From Candidatus Latescibacterota bacterium (GTDB lineage: Bacteria; Latescibacterota; CBDEFO01): a stretch of DNA of 64,000 nucleotides. Positions 29,805 to 39,925 of this stretch are shown here, piece by piece. The DNA lies in the NCBI GenBank assembly GCA_965248755.1, contig OZ252149.1, positions 2,880,001 to 2,944,000 of the forward strand. Direction: 5' to 3'. Below the pieces are notes generated by a model, which was not told the DNA's origin, searched no databases, and saw nothing but the letters and a program-made list of their open reading frames with translations. A program made the translations under genes and the position numbers. Position 1 is the first letter of the stretch, and each line of letters opens with the position of its first letter.

Positions 29805-29855
29805 TGATTTGAAACCTGTAGAGCCATCTACGTAAAAGTGTTAGATTAATGTCTT

Positions 29856-30008
29856 GGAAAATATTACTACCTTGGAATCGGGATTGGTGGCTGCTTAATA
29901 GAATTGGTGACGGTTGGTGACGGTGGTGACCGTTTGCATAGAACTTTTGGAAAAAGGATTTCTTGAAAATATGAAAACTTTATAGTAAAGGGTCACCAGG
30001 GGTCACCA
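29856..30008. repeat. GGTGAC x3 / GTCACC x2 inverted iteron-like array after a primase-like C-terminal remnant
   Basis: ggtgac at 29906, 29916, 29925; gtcacc at 29992, 30002; AT-rich spacer; preceded by a GKYYYLGIG-coding stretch. Confidence 0.55.
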
Positions 30009-30035
30009 AGTGAGCATTTTGGTGCATTAATTGGG

Positions 30036-30244
30036 TAATTCCATTCTTCCGACACACCTCAGATAGCTCCGCTGCTTTTAAAAGAGGTAGCACCACCCCT
30101 GCCTTACGGGTCGACGTCCACCGGTTACTATCTTTCACTTCGGCGCTTGACACTTGGACTTCCTTTCCCCGATAGAATCACTCGGGGACAAGCCTCAAAC
30201 ACCAATTTGCAAAATATTTGTCGCTGTGTCAACAGAGCGGTATG
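30036..30244 (-). mobile_element. Diverged left-end remnant of the IS3-family element, carrying a 27-bp palindromic insert (30168-30194)
   Basis: Aligns by eye to 34272-34454 including the terminal GCGGTATG. Confidence 0.85.
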
Positions 30245-30272
30245 ATATTATCAAAATAATACCAAAAAAGTC

Positions 30273-30301
30273 TTGACAAAGGACTGAAATTGTCGTACCT
30301 T
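30273..30301 (+). promoter_or_regulatory. Putative sigma70 promoter of the secreted-protein operon
   Basis: TTGACA-17 bp-TACCTT; paralogous copy at 41123. Confidence 0.55.
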
Positions 30302-30402
30302 GTCGGCGGTTAAGAGGTACTATTGAGAAGACGTATATGATGTAGTAGAAGAAAAACGAATTGCTTAGGAATAAGTAATCCTACAAAAGTAAGGAGGGTA
30401 CG

Positions 30403-31071
30403 ATGATTCGCAAAATTTATTTCATGGGGTTTTTGATGCTAGTAACGTTTGTTGGCGTAGTGCAGGGAGATGAATTGCCGGAGTTGGGTTTATATGAAGG
30501 TGATAACTTAGTATTACTATCAGTAGTAAATGAGGGAGAAATGGCTTTAAAGGGGGTAGGGGTTGAAGTGAGAGCGAAAGATCTACCCGAGTGGGTTCAG
30601 ATCGGAGAAGCAGTGAAGCGGATAGATATACCTAAAAGGTCTACTGGAACAGAAAAGCTGATGATTCCCATGTTTGTGGAGGGAAAAGTGGTGGGTGAAG
30701 CCTTCGAGCTACCAATAGTGTTGAGCGTTGCAGATGGCCGTACTTGGACGTTCGAGGTGTTGGTAGAGATTAAAAAGGCTCGTCCAAAGTCCTTCGCGCT
30801 TATGCAGAACGCACCCAATCCGTTCAATCCAGTCACAGTGATTCAGTATACATTGGGAGGAAATCAAACTGTTCCCACGCAATTGAAGATATTCAACATT
30901 ACGGGCCAGAAGATACGGACATTGGTGAATGAGCCCCAAGGGCCAGATTATTACTCCGTTATATGGAATGGCTTAGATGATCAGGAACAGAAGGTTTCCA
31001 GCGGGGTGTATTTCTTCAAACTAGCTGCAGGAAAGTTTGTAAAGACAAGGAAGATGGTGTTGCTGAAATAA
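30403..31071 (+). CDS. Secreted protein with C-terminal FlgD-Ig/T9SS-type-A-like sorting domain
   Basis: Signal peptide; FALMQNAPNPFNP...IFNITGQKIRTLV...WNG...SSGVYF...KMVLLK. Confidence 0.85.
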   Translation: MIRKIYFMGFLMLVTFVGVVQGDELPELGLYEGDNLVLLSVVNEGEMALKGVGVEVRAKDLPEWVQIGEAVKRIDIPKRSTGTEKLMIPMFVEGKVVGEAFELPIVLSVADGRTWTFEVLVEIKKARPKSFALMQNAPNPFNPVTVIQYTLGGNQTVPTQLKIFNITGQKIRTLVNEPQGPDYYSVIWNGLDDQEQKVSSGVYFFKLAAGKFVKTRKMVLLK

Positions 31072-31089
31072 ATGAAAAGGAGGATTAAG

Positions 31090-33099
31090 ATGAACTGGAA
31101 GATAAGTATAGTAGCTTTCGCTCTTGCACTTTCGTTCCCTTGTTCAGCCTGGTCCAATGTTGTTGGAACAACTTACTCCACCATTTTGGTTGAAGATCCA
31201 AAGATTACGCTAGATGGGGATTTAGCAGACTGGGAGAAGATAGGGTTAGAGGCAGTCAATATTGAACATTTCTGGTATGGACCCACAGCAGATGCGGCAG
31301 ACATTTCGGGAAACTTCCGGACTTTTGTGGATACGGATCACCTGTATATAGGGGTTAAGGTAAGCGACGACTTGGTGTGCTCAGGCACTACGTGGGGAAG
31401 AATGGGGATTCAGGATGATGTTGTGGAGGTATCTTTTAATGGGGATCTGGACGGAAAGGTACAAGTGTTGCGGGGGAGAGAGAAGGACTATTTTGATCTC
31501 AACGACGGGGAGATACGGATTGTGATGGACGCACCGGGAAAGGTTCATCTGGAAGGTGCGGGCGTCTTTTTCTATGTCGAGCCATATCCCTATGCGCAGG
31601 AGATTCCGTATATATGGGAGCTTTTAGGAGTAGAGGCAGGAGTTAAGCAGACAGATACCGGATATACAGTTGAAGTGCGTATACCTAAAGAAGTATTAGG
31701 TTTAAGGAAATTTGTTCAAGGAACTCAAATCGGTTTGAATGTGAGAATTGTAGATGATGATGATGGCGGAGAACGTGATAATGTATTAAGTTGGATTAGG
31801 TATAAGGGAACCGAGAGTGGGGGTCCCTACGAGATGATACAGATGGGAACCGAGAGCGGGGGTCCCTATGGGGTGGTACAGATAGAAGGTGTTACAGAGT
31901 CTTCGGAGATGGTAGACTTAGTCGTCGGAAAGGTGAAAGTAGAAGAAGGTTCACAGGAGCTGGTGGTGACCATGGAGCCGCAGGAGGACTCAGAACTTCA
32001 GGATATTTATGGCCTTATCTCCGAAGGCAAGATAACTGAAGCTCAGGCCAAATTGGAGGAATGGGCTCTGATCCGTAAGGAGGATACGCAAAGAATACGG
32101 GCTTTGTATCTTCTGGGCAGATTTTATTGGCAGTCTGGACAGTATGAGAAAGTGATTCAGACAATGCAAAGACTGATGGATCTTTCATCATCAGCGAACA
32201 TAAAATCCTATGCGCTGCAGGTGATGGCTAATGCGTATGATGCCTTGGGGGAATATCAACAAGCTATTACGTGTTGTAGGCAGATACTCAATATTGTGGA
32301 GATAGATTCATATGCAGCAAAGTATGCTACTGTAGATCTGGGGTTATATAACATCAAGCTGGGAGAATATGAGCAAGGCTTCGAGTTGTATGAAGAGGTC
32401 TGGAAGGAGCGAGAAGGTTCCCGACTAATAGCGTTTGGAGATGCTTATCGACAAGGGATATATAAGGATGCCATTGCCCAATATGAGGTTGATGTCGTAC
32501 AAACAGTGCATCCCAAGATCAAACTGGTAGGACTCGAGCAAGTCGCGAAGATGTATGAGGAGTCTTGGGAGGTGTTGGCGCAAAGAAGGGATTCCCTCGG
32601 GCAAAGCTCGGTATCAATTCTAATGGCGTTAGGGAACGTTTATGAACAACAGGGAAAATACAAGGATGCCATTGCCCAATATCATAAGATAGGCGAGTTA
32701 TATCCCAACCTTGAAGTATTGGCTCAATATTCGATAGGCTACAATTACTGGTTACTATTTGATGTTGATCGTGCTATCGTTGAATTCGAAAAGGTCCTGG
32801 AAAATTATTCAGACATTATCTCTGATGAGAAGACAGATAAAATAGATTATTATTTGGAACTTCTCTATACTGTGAAAAGAGACTATCCCAGTGAGGATTG
32901 GGTAGAAGTCAGAGAAGCTTTGGACATGGTGAATTCTGGAAGATATGAGGAGGCTGCGACCTTATATAAAGAGTTCCGTGGTCATTTCGAAGCGGATACC
33001 CAACTCATTACCCTTCTCGAGAACGTATTCCGCAAACGTGGGGTGTTTAGAGAGATGATGATGTCGCTGTTCCCAAAACAGGGACAGACAATGCAGTAA
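31090..33099 (+). CDS. Secreted CBM9/DOMON-like sugar-binding domain plus TPR repeats
   Basis: AAGGAGG RBS; signal peptide; ITLDGDLADW, LYIGVKVSDD, GYTVEVRIP, IGLNVRIVDDD; TPR helices; 39-bp internal duplication GTESGGPY. Confidence 0.75.
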   Translation: MNWKISIVAFALALSFPCSAWSNVVGTTYSTILVEDPKITLDGDLADWEKIGLEAVNIEHFWYGPTADAADISGNFRTFVDTDHLYIGVKVSDDLVCSGTTWGRMGIQDDVVEVSFNGDLDGKVQVLRGREKDYFDLNDGEIRIVMDAPGKVHLEGAGVFFYVEPYPYAQEIPYIWELLGVEAGVKQTDTGYTVEVRIPKEVLGLRKFVQGTQIGLNVRIVDDDDGGERDNVLSWIRYKGTESGGPYEMIQMGTESGGPYGVVQIEGVTESSEMVDLVVGKVKVEEGSQELVVTMEPQEDSELQDIYGLISEGKITEAQAKLEEWALIRKEDTQRIRALYLLGRFYWQSGQYEKVIQTMQRLMDLSSSANIKSYALQVMANAYDALGEYQQAITCCRQILNIVEIDSYAAKYATVDLGLYNIKLGEYEQGFELYEEVWKEREGSRLIAFGDAYRQGIYKDAIAQYEVDVVQTVHPKIKLVGLEQVAKMYEESWEVLAQRRDSLGQSSVSILMALGNVYEQQGKYKDAIAQYHKIGELYPNLEVLAQYSIGYNYWLLFDVDRAIVEFEKVLENYSDIISDEKTDKIDYYLELLYTVKRDYPSEDWVEVREALDMVNSGRYEEAATLYKEFRGHFEADTQLITLLENVFRKRGVFREMMMSLFPKQGQTMQ

Positions 33100-33166
33100 C
33101 AACACAAAGGAATGTCCTTGATCTGATGTTCGTGACATAGAAAAGAGGTGTTGTGTAATATGCTCT

Positions 33167-34454
33167 TGTACTGCCCCCCAGAAAAGCGACATCAATTAAG
33201 CAACTTGGGGTAGCAGATAAAATTGTTTTCTCCACTCTTCCGGGGTCTTGTATCCCAGGGATGAATGAAGCCTGTTCTTGTTGTAATTATCGATCCACTG
33301 AGATATGATCTTCTCAGCTTGTTCAAAGGACTTGAAATTGTGAAGCCACACACACTCCTGCTTGAGGGTCCTGAAAAAACGTTCTATGACCCCGTTCCAA
33401 TCGGCCTTTCCGCTCGGAATATATTCTTGACGAATGTCCCAATATTCGGTACTTGCCAAATAGGTCCGAGACAAAAAGATGGAGCCGTTGTCAGAGCGCA
33501 AAGTGAGACCCTGGGGGACAGCCTCCTTAGGAAGTGTATCGAGAGATCACGGCCCGATCCAGGGCATCTGTGGCCTCCAGTGCCCTCCCTTTTCGACTAA
33601 AACGATACCCGGGGAACCTCCCGACTCCCGTTGTCCACCACCGCAATAAGAGGACACCAACCATCTTCCCCACAATAGATCTTGGTCAAGTCAGCCGACC
33701 AGAGACTGTCAGGACGATCCATCACAGAACGCTTCTGGGCAACCTGTGGCCCCTTTCTCCCGGGGTCCCCGATTGATTCTATCGGGGATTCCACAGCTTA
33801 CACTGCCACCCCTTAAGCTTCATTATCCTATGAACCTTCTTGATGTTGACATATGCCCCTTCCTTGAAACGAAGATGCGCCCAAACCCGCCTGTGACCAA
33901 ATGCCTCTTCTTGGTCGAGTATCCCTCGAATACGAAAAGCAAGCTGTTCATCTATCACAGACTCTTCGACAGAAGAACTGACACCTCTATACCTAAGCCT
34001 ACACAGAGTCGAACGATGCAAACCCAAAGCCAAAGCTACCACCTTCCGGGAATAGCCTCGACCCAAAAACCGCTCACTCAAGGCAACCGCTTCGTTTTTT
34101 TTAGACGGGCTACCTCCTCGAGTATCTCCAACTGGAGGGTTAAGTGCCCTACCTTACGCTCCAACCGGCTGACCTCCCGCTCCTTCGCATCCTTGCGACC
34201 ACGCCGAGACTTCAGACTCTCCTGGCCTCCTTCCAAGAAACTATCACGCCAAGCATACGCCTGTGACTGGCTAATTCCATTCTTCCAACACACCTCTGAT
34301 ACATTCGCTCCTTTCAAAACAGCCAACACCACCTCTACCTTACGGGTCGCCGTCCAGCGCTTACCATCTTTCACTTCGGGGCTTGACACCTTGACCTCCT
34401 TTCTCAAACCCCAATTTGCAAAATATTTGTCGCCCTGTCAAGGGGAGCGGTATG
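33167..34454 (-). mobile_element. IS3-family element copy 1 (1288 bp, orfB frameshifted), TSD CTCT
   Basis: orfA HTH 34078-34407; orfB fragments WSADLT, SDNGS, ERFFRTLKQE; ends TGTACTGCCCCCC / GGAGCGGTATG. Confidence 0.95.
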
Positions 34455-34574
34455 CTCTTTAACAATTCAAGCAAGCTCAAATTTGAGATGAGGTGATCCG
34501 GAAAATCTTTAGCCATTCTGTCATATCCGTTGCCAATAAATCACAAACACATTTCTTTGAGGAGGGATGATCGA

Positions 34575-34967
34575 ATGATTCTAAGAAAACGCTTATTCCG
34601 ACTATTACGGGCAATATTGGTTCTTGTTGTTACAGTAATCATGGTGAACGATGGCGCAAAAGATATATATGGACATGCTCCAGATCCTTGCGCTGAAGAC
34701 GAATGTAATGTTTATTGGGACGGCTGTGCTAGCCCTACTCATAGTTGTGACTCTGTGAAGACTTATTTTTGTTGGCCTGGTCTCATATGCAGCAAGCCGG
34801 TATGCGACGATACTGGCTCTGGAGGTGACAAATGCGACCATCCTACTTTTGGAACCGGCGATGGGTGTAATACGCACATTACTCACATATGTGAAGGTTG
34901 GCATGATAGTTGTTGGGCACCCTATGAATGTTCATGTGCTGTTGGATTTTGTCATTGTGTAGAATGA
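34575..34967 (+). CDS. Small exported cysteine-rich protein (130 aa, 15 Cys)
   Basis: GGAGG RBS; basic plus hydrophobic N-terminus; 15 Cys in the last ~92 residues. Confidence 0.7.
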   Translation: MILRKRLFRLLRAILVLVVTVIMVNDGAKDIYGHAPDPCAEDECNVYWDGCASPTHSCDSVKTYFCWPGLICSKPVCDDTGSGGDKCDHPTFGTGDGCNTHITHICEGWHDSCWAPYECSCAVGFCHCVE

Positions 34968-34976
34968 TCAGGATAG

Positions 34977-36264
34977 CATACCGCTCCCCTTGACAGGGCG
35001 ACAAATATTTTGCAAATTGGGGTTTGAGAAAGGAGGTCAAGGTGTCAAGCCCCGAAGTGAAAGATGGTAAGCGCTGGACGGCGACCCGTAAGGTAGAGGT
35101 GGTGTTGGCTGTTTTGAAAGGAGCGAATGTATCAGAGGTGTGTTGGAAGAATGGAATTAGCCAGTCACAGGCGTATGCTTGGCGTGATAGTTTCTTGGAA
35201 GGAGGCCAGGAGAGTCTGAAGTCTCGGCGTGGTCGCAAGGATGCGAAGGAGCGGGAGGTCAGCCGGTTGGAGCGTAAGGTAGGGCACTTAACCCTCCAGT
35301 TGGAGATACTCGAGGAGGTAGCCCGTCTAAAAAAAACGAAGCGGTTGCCTTGAGTGAGCGGTTTTTGGGTCGAGGCTATTCCCGGAAGGTGGTAGCTTTG
35401 GCTTTGGGTTTGCATCGTTCGACTCTGTGTAGGCTTAGGTATAGAGGTGTCAGTTCTTCTGTCGAAGAGTCTGTGATAGATGAACAGCTTGCTTTTCGTA
35501 TTCGAGGGATACTCGACCAAGAAGAGGCATTTGGTCACAGGCGGGTTTGGGCGCATCTTCGTTTCAAGGAAGGGGCATATGTCAACATCAAGAAGGTTCA
35601 TAGGATAATGAAGCTTAAGGGGTGGCAGTGTAAGCTGTGGAATCCCCGATAGAATCAATCGGGGACCCCGGGAGAAAGGGGCCACAGGTTGCCCAGAAGC
35701 GTTCTGTGATGGATCGTCCTGACAGTCTCTGGTCGGCTGACTTGACCAAGATCTATTGTGGGGAAGATGGTTGGTGTCCTCTTATTGCGGTGGTGGACAA
35801 CGGGAGTCGGGAGGTTCCCCGGGTATCGTTTTAGTCGAAAAGGGAGGGCACTGGAGGCCACAGATGCCCTGGATCGGGCCGTGATCTCTCGATACACTTC
35901 CTAAGGAGGCTGTCCCCCAGGGTCTCACTTTGCGCTCTGACAACGGCTCCATCTTTTTGTCTCGGACCTATTTGGCAAGTACCGAATATTGGGACATTCG
36001 TCAAGAATATATTCCGAGCGGAAAGGCCGATTGGAACGGGGTCATAGAACGTTTTTTCAGGACCCTCAAGCAGGAGTGTGTGTGGCTTCACAATTTCAAG
36101 TCCTTTGAACAAGCTGAGAAGATCATATCTCAGTGGATCGATAATTACAACAAGAACAGGCTTCATTCATCCCTGGGATACAAGACCCCGGAAGAGTGGA
36201 GAAAACAATTTTATCTGCTACCCCAAGTTGCTTAATTGATGTCGCTTTTCTGGGGGGCAGTACA
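34977..36264 (+). mobile_element. IS3-family element copy 2 (1288 bp, orfB frameshifted), TSD ATAG
   Basis: Inverted near-identical copy of 33167-34454; A8 run at the orfA/orfB junction (35329-35336). Confidence 0.95.
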
Positions 36265-36308
36265 ATAGTGTTATTATAAGTTATACCCAATTAAGGAGGA
36301 GACTCAAA

Positions 36309-37178
36309 ATGCTAGCAAAAATGTCTTTTGTACTGGGAACATTCTTGTTCTCGTTCTTCTGGCCAAGAATATCCCTGTGTCAAGTTGATGGCTTTCTATC
36401 TCCCGATGAACTACCTCCAGATATGATGATAGCTTTGCCACCCCTTCCAACCAATCTCCAACCGTTTACTCAAAGTACAGTAGAGGTGCAGCAATATCTG
36501 AAAGAAGGTAACAACCAGCAATATACAGCCGAGCTTGAAAGGATAGTCGCTGAGAATCCTGACGATGATGAGATCGCATTATTTGTATATATCGCGTTGG
36601 GGAATACCTGGGATACGGTAGCAGGCCCAGCTAAAGAATCCCAAAGAGAATACTACGAAAAAGCTTTGGGCTATTTTGTAAAGGGCAGAGATATTGCTAT
36701 TAAGGATAAACAGAAGTACCGGCTGCATCTTGCGCATATTTATGATGGCTTAGGTGAGGTTTATGAACATCTTGGGAACTATAGCTCAGCCCTTGAAGTT
36801 TATAGGACAATTGCTGAGGAGTACAGTGGAGTAGGGACGGGAAATTATTTGAATAAATTAGCTGCTGGTGGAGTTAACAAAGTGTCGGTATTGTCCCGCC
36901 GACTGGGTCTTAGTGCGAATGAATTGCGAGAAGATCTGCTAAACACAGCATCAGAAAATAAGGGAAACCTGATTGGCTTTCAAGCTCTAACGGAGATAGT
37001 ATTCCTCGAAGAATCAAATGGAGACTTTGATGCTGCATCAAAGACGTTGCAGCTGCTTAAAGATAGGAATAGGGGGAAAGAATTCGTCGGACATATAAAC
37101 GTGAGATTATTTACCCAACGAATTAAAGAGCGAATCGTAAAACGACAACAGCATGAACAACACATTCGTAACCGGTAG
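36309..37178 (+). CDS. Secreted TPR-repeat protein
   Basis: AAGGAGG RBS, signal-like N-terminus, TPR helices (LAHIYDGLGEVYEHLGNYSSALEVY). Confidence 0.7.
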   Translation: MLAKMSFVLGTFLFSFFWPRISLCQVDGFLSPDELPPDMMIALPPLPTNLQPFTQSTVEVQQYLKEGNNQQYTAELERIVAENPDDDEIALFVYIALGNTWDTVAGPAKESQREYYEKALGYFVKGRDIAIKDKQKYRLHLAHIYDGLGEVYEHLGNYSSALEVYRTIAEEYSGVGTGNYLNKLAAGGVNKVSVLSRRLGLSANELREDLLNTASENKGNLIGFQALTEIVFLEESNGDFDAASKTLQLLKDRNRGKEFVGHINVRLFTQRIKERIVKRQQHEQHIRNR

Positions 37179-37215
37179 TTTGTGATTCTTTTAGCCTTAG
37201 GAAACGGCGGTACAA

Positions 37216-37719
37216 TTGAGAACCCTTTCCCCGTTGTTCATAGCTGCCGTAATCTGTTTGAACTGTGGAGAGCAGAACAATCGTCCCCACAACCAAGATG
37301 CCCGTAAAATACAAAAGCCATCTTCTGAGTTGTCCATTGGAGCATATCCAGCCAAACGGATGGAGGAAAAGATAAGAAAGCCACCTCTTGGATGGGCAAT
37401 CGTTGATGTTCATGGTAAGAGAGGTAAAATCGTATATCTTGTTGAGGATCAGCCAATCTTCACAGAGCAAAATATCGTGTCAGCCAGACAGGTAAGATCA
37501 GGAAACGTTTTAGTAGAATTGGATGTAATAGGCACAGAGGTTTTAAGCGAGTATAGCGTTGATGATTCACGTCATAATCAACCTGTTGGAATAAAGATCA
37601 ACGATCGCTGGGTGAGTTTTCCTCTTCTATTGACGCATATACGTCACGGGTCCTCTCTACTTGGAGGACTTACAGAGGAAGAAGTTCAACACGTAATAGA
37701 GACTTTTCCCAGTCAATGA
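37216..37719 (+). CDS. Putative lipoprotein with SecDF P1-head-like domain
   Basis: Lipobox-like LNC; PIFTEQNIVSA...QPVGIKINDRWVSFPLL...GGLTEEE resembles the SecD periplasmic head. Confidence 0.5.
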   Translation: MRTLSPLFIAAVICLNCGEQNNRPHNQDARKIQKPSSELSIGAYPAKRMEEKIRKPPLGWAIVDVHGKRGKIVYLVEDQPIFTEQNIVSARQVRSGNVLVELDVIGTEVLSEYSVDDSRHNQPVGIKINDRWVSFPLLLTHIRHGSSLLGGLTEEEVQHVIETFPSQ

Positions 37720-37816
37720 ATCACGCTAAAAAGCGACGGGAGTCTTCGACGCGTTGGGTCTTCCAGGTTTTTCGTGTAAATGGATAATTGCCTCAACCCC
37801 CTTGACCTATCTCCGA

Positions 37817-38491
37817 TCACAGATCAATTTCTTTTAAACAGACCACCCTTACTTTATCCAGCATATTTTTCTCCCTTAACGTTTTTTCTATATCCTCTTT
37901 AAGCTTATTAGATGTAACAACAGATATTATCTGTTTAACTCCAACCTTTATACATTTAACGACATTAGAGATCGAATCAGACTTTCCTGTCTCAGTCTCA
38001 ATTGCTAGTTTCCGTCCATCTTTCACAACCAGAACATCAACCTTCTTTCCTCTTCCAAGAGAATATTTAGGATAAACTTTATAGTCCTTGGCAATGTAAT
38101 ACTCCATTACCTTTATCTGCCAGAACACATGCTCTGCCCCACCCCTTCTGTTAGATGTTCTATACCCAAGCTTTTTAAGATACACTCTCCCAATTGAAGT
38201 TAGGTCAAACAGCTTTACCTTCCCTCTTCGAATCTTCACAACTACAGGCTTTATGAATCCCCTCTCCATCAAATCTTTCAAACACTGATTGCCAGCCCTC
38301 GGGTTTAGTTCTAGCCTCTTATATCTTTCAATAACACATGATTCTGGATGCTTGAAAATATCTCTCAAGAATATCTTCTCTCTCCTGCTGAGTTTGTCTC
38401 TATACCAAATCCCTCTATCTTTGGCAATTCGAGGTATTTTAAGACTGAAATCTGTGAAATCGCTTATAGAAGTCGGAATTCTACATATCAT
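37817..38491 (-). CDS. wHTH plus PD-(D/E)xK-like nuclease domain protein (possibly a C-terminal fragment of a mobile-element gene)
   Basis: LKDLMERGFI...LFDLTSIGR winged helix; KKVDVLV...LAIETETG nuclease-like motif. Confidence 0.5.
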   Translation of the reverse strand: MICRIPTSISDFTDFSLKIPRIAKDRGIWYRDKLSRREKIFLRDIFKHPESCVIERYKRLELNPRAGNQCLKDLMERGFIKPVVVKIRRGKVKLFDLTSIGRVYLKKLGYRTSNRRGGAEHVFWQIKVMEYYIAKDYKVYPKYSLGRGKKVDVLVVKDGRKLAIETETGKSDSISNVVKCIKVGVKQIISVVTSNKLKEDIEKTLREKNMLDKVRVVCLKEIDL

Positions 38492-38669
38492 CTAAACTCC
38501 TAACCTCTCCCACATATTCAGCCCCACACCTTACCATCATATCCTTAAGCAGATAGCGGTGGCAGAACAATTCTGCCCGGCAATAGCAGGCAAGCATCAC
38601 CTCTTCCATGTTGAGGACCTCATCCCACCTTTGCCTGTTATCCTGATAACTTTTCCGTATGATCTCATA
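38481..38669 (-). pseudogene. C-terminal fragment of a DUF488-like protein truncated by IS256
   Basis: VMLACYC...FCHRYLL motif; 5' part replaced by the IS end. Confidence 0.45.
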
Positions 38670-39925
38670 GGTCAAGTCCTATTTTTAGTTGAAATTGGTG
38701 GGGCTCCGATCGTAATGTCATGCTGATAACGTTTCTTGAGAGAGGTTCAATTCTTTCTGAATAGCTTGTCTCAGCAGGGGCAAATAGCTTGTCCCCTTCA
38801 CTTTTCGCGATCGAGGTTCAATATCCAGAAGAGCACTGGCCAGCCAGCGGCATCGCTGATGTGAATTCTTCCATAGTTTAACGTTCCTTGTCAGTTGAGC
38901 AACCTGACTGTTTATGGATTCGAGGCAATTAGTCGTTCGGAAGCTGGTCTTCAAGTAGGGAATCAGACCCAGCCGGTGAAGAGTTAAGGTCTCCTCGAAA
39001 CCCTCTTCCAGACTCTTTGAGGCCGACCGGTTCATCAAGACTAATTCGGGTTTGAGAGCATTCAATGCTGACCTGGCTTCTTGGTAGGTCTCCTGGTTAT
39101 AAGCACTCTGAAGCTTTCGCCTCATATTGACCTGCTGGTTCTTGGGAAGATAGGAGACCACATTTTCTCGTTTATGCCACTGACATCTCTGAACACAGAC
39201 ATAGCCTTTGAGTGGCTTGACGATGGCGTTATATAGTCCTTTGGATCCATCTACTATGACTAAAAGACCGACTTGGTAGCGCAATCCACGGTCAATGAGA
39301 CTTCGGATAAACTGTCGGCAGACCCGTTCGTTCTCTGTGGCTGCCTGAATAAAACCCAGGGCAACCTTTTCACCGTCGATTGTAATACCTAAAGCAATGA
39401 GCATCTCCTGATCGGCAAAGGTCTTCCCGTCGATAAATAGAGCCACTAAATCATACTCCTGTAGGGACCGCTCCTGGAAGTCTTTAAGCTTACGAGCCGA
39501 AGCCTTGATAAAACGCCGTGATACACTCGAGGAAGATAGACCAAAGGCACCGGGAATCGCCTCGGCACAAGCTTTATACTCTCGAGAGGAGATACCTTTC
39601 AGGACACGGAGCAGCAAACCCTCATCTATCTTCCGAGGCACTTGCAGAGATTGATAAGACTCCAAAGACACTTCGGCATTCGCATCTACATTGCGCACCC
39701 GAGGTACCGAAACAGGAAGCTTCTGATCTGCCAGATACACAGATCCATTCTGTCTGCCCCAACGACGATGAGGAACTTGAACCCCCTTACGGCTATATCG
39801 TGTTCCCACTAAAGCGACAACCTCCTGTTGCAATAAATCGCTTACGGTTTCCAGTCCCAAGGGAATTAACTCCTGAATCAAAGCAATGCGAACATCTAAA
39901 GCCTGAAGCTCTTTTTCAAACAGAA
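38670..39925 (-). mobile_element. IS256-family element, left end truncated (transposase 38718-39881)
   Basis: LFIDG, IVDGSKGL, QRCQWHK, RTTNCLES; terminal-IR-like gtcctatttttagttgaaa. Confidence 0.88.

Noticed and set aside
33160..34496. 14-codon ORF (MLFNNSSKLKFEMR) reconstituted across IS copy 1
   Set aside because: Too short to distinguish from chance despite a weak RBS.
34965..34976. TGA of the Cys-rich gene read as selenocysteine (would give ...VE-U-SG* and an even Cys+Sec count)
   Set aside because: No convincing SECIS-like hairpin in the reconstructed downstream sequence; only homologs with Cys at this position would revive the idea.
33746..35685. Long antisense ORFs (238-268 aa) in the IS copies, and other antisense ORFs such as 57654-58430
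   Set aside because: They shadow recognisable genes on the opposite strand and have no motifs.
33167..36264. Composite transposon of two inverted IS3 copies carrying the Cys-rich gene
   Set aside because: Each copy has its own TSD (CTCT, ATAG) and the outer flanks do not match, so these are independent insertions.
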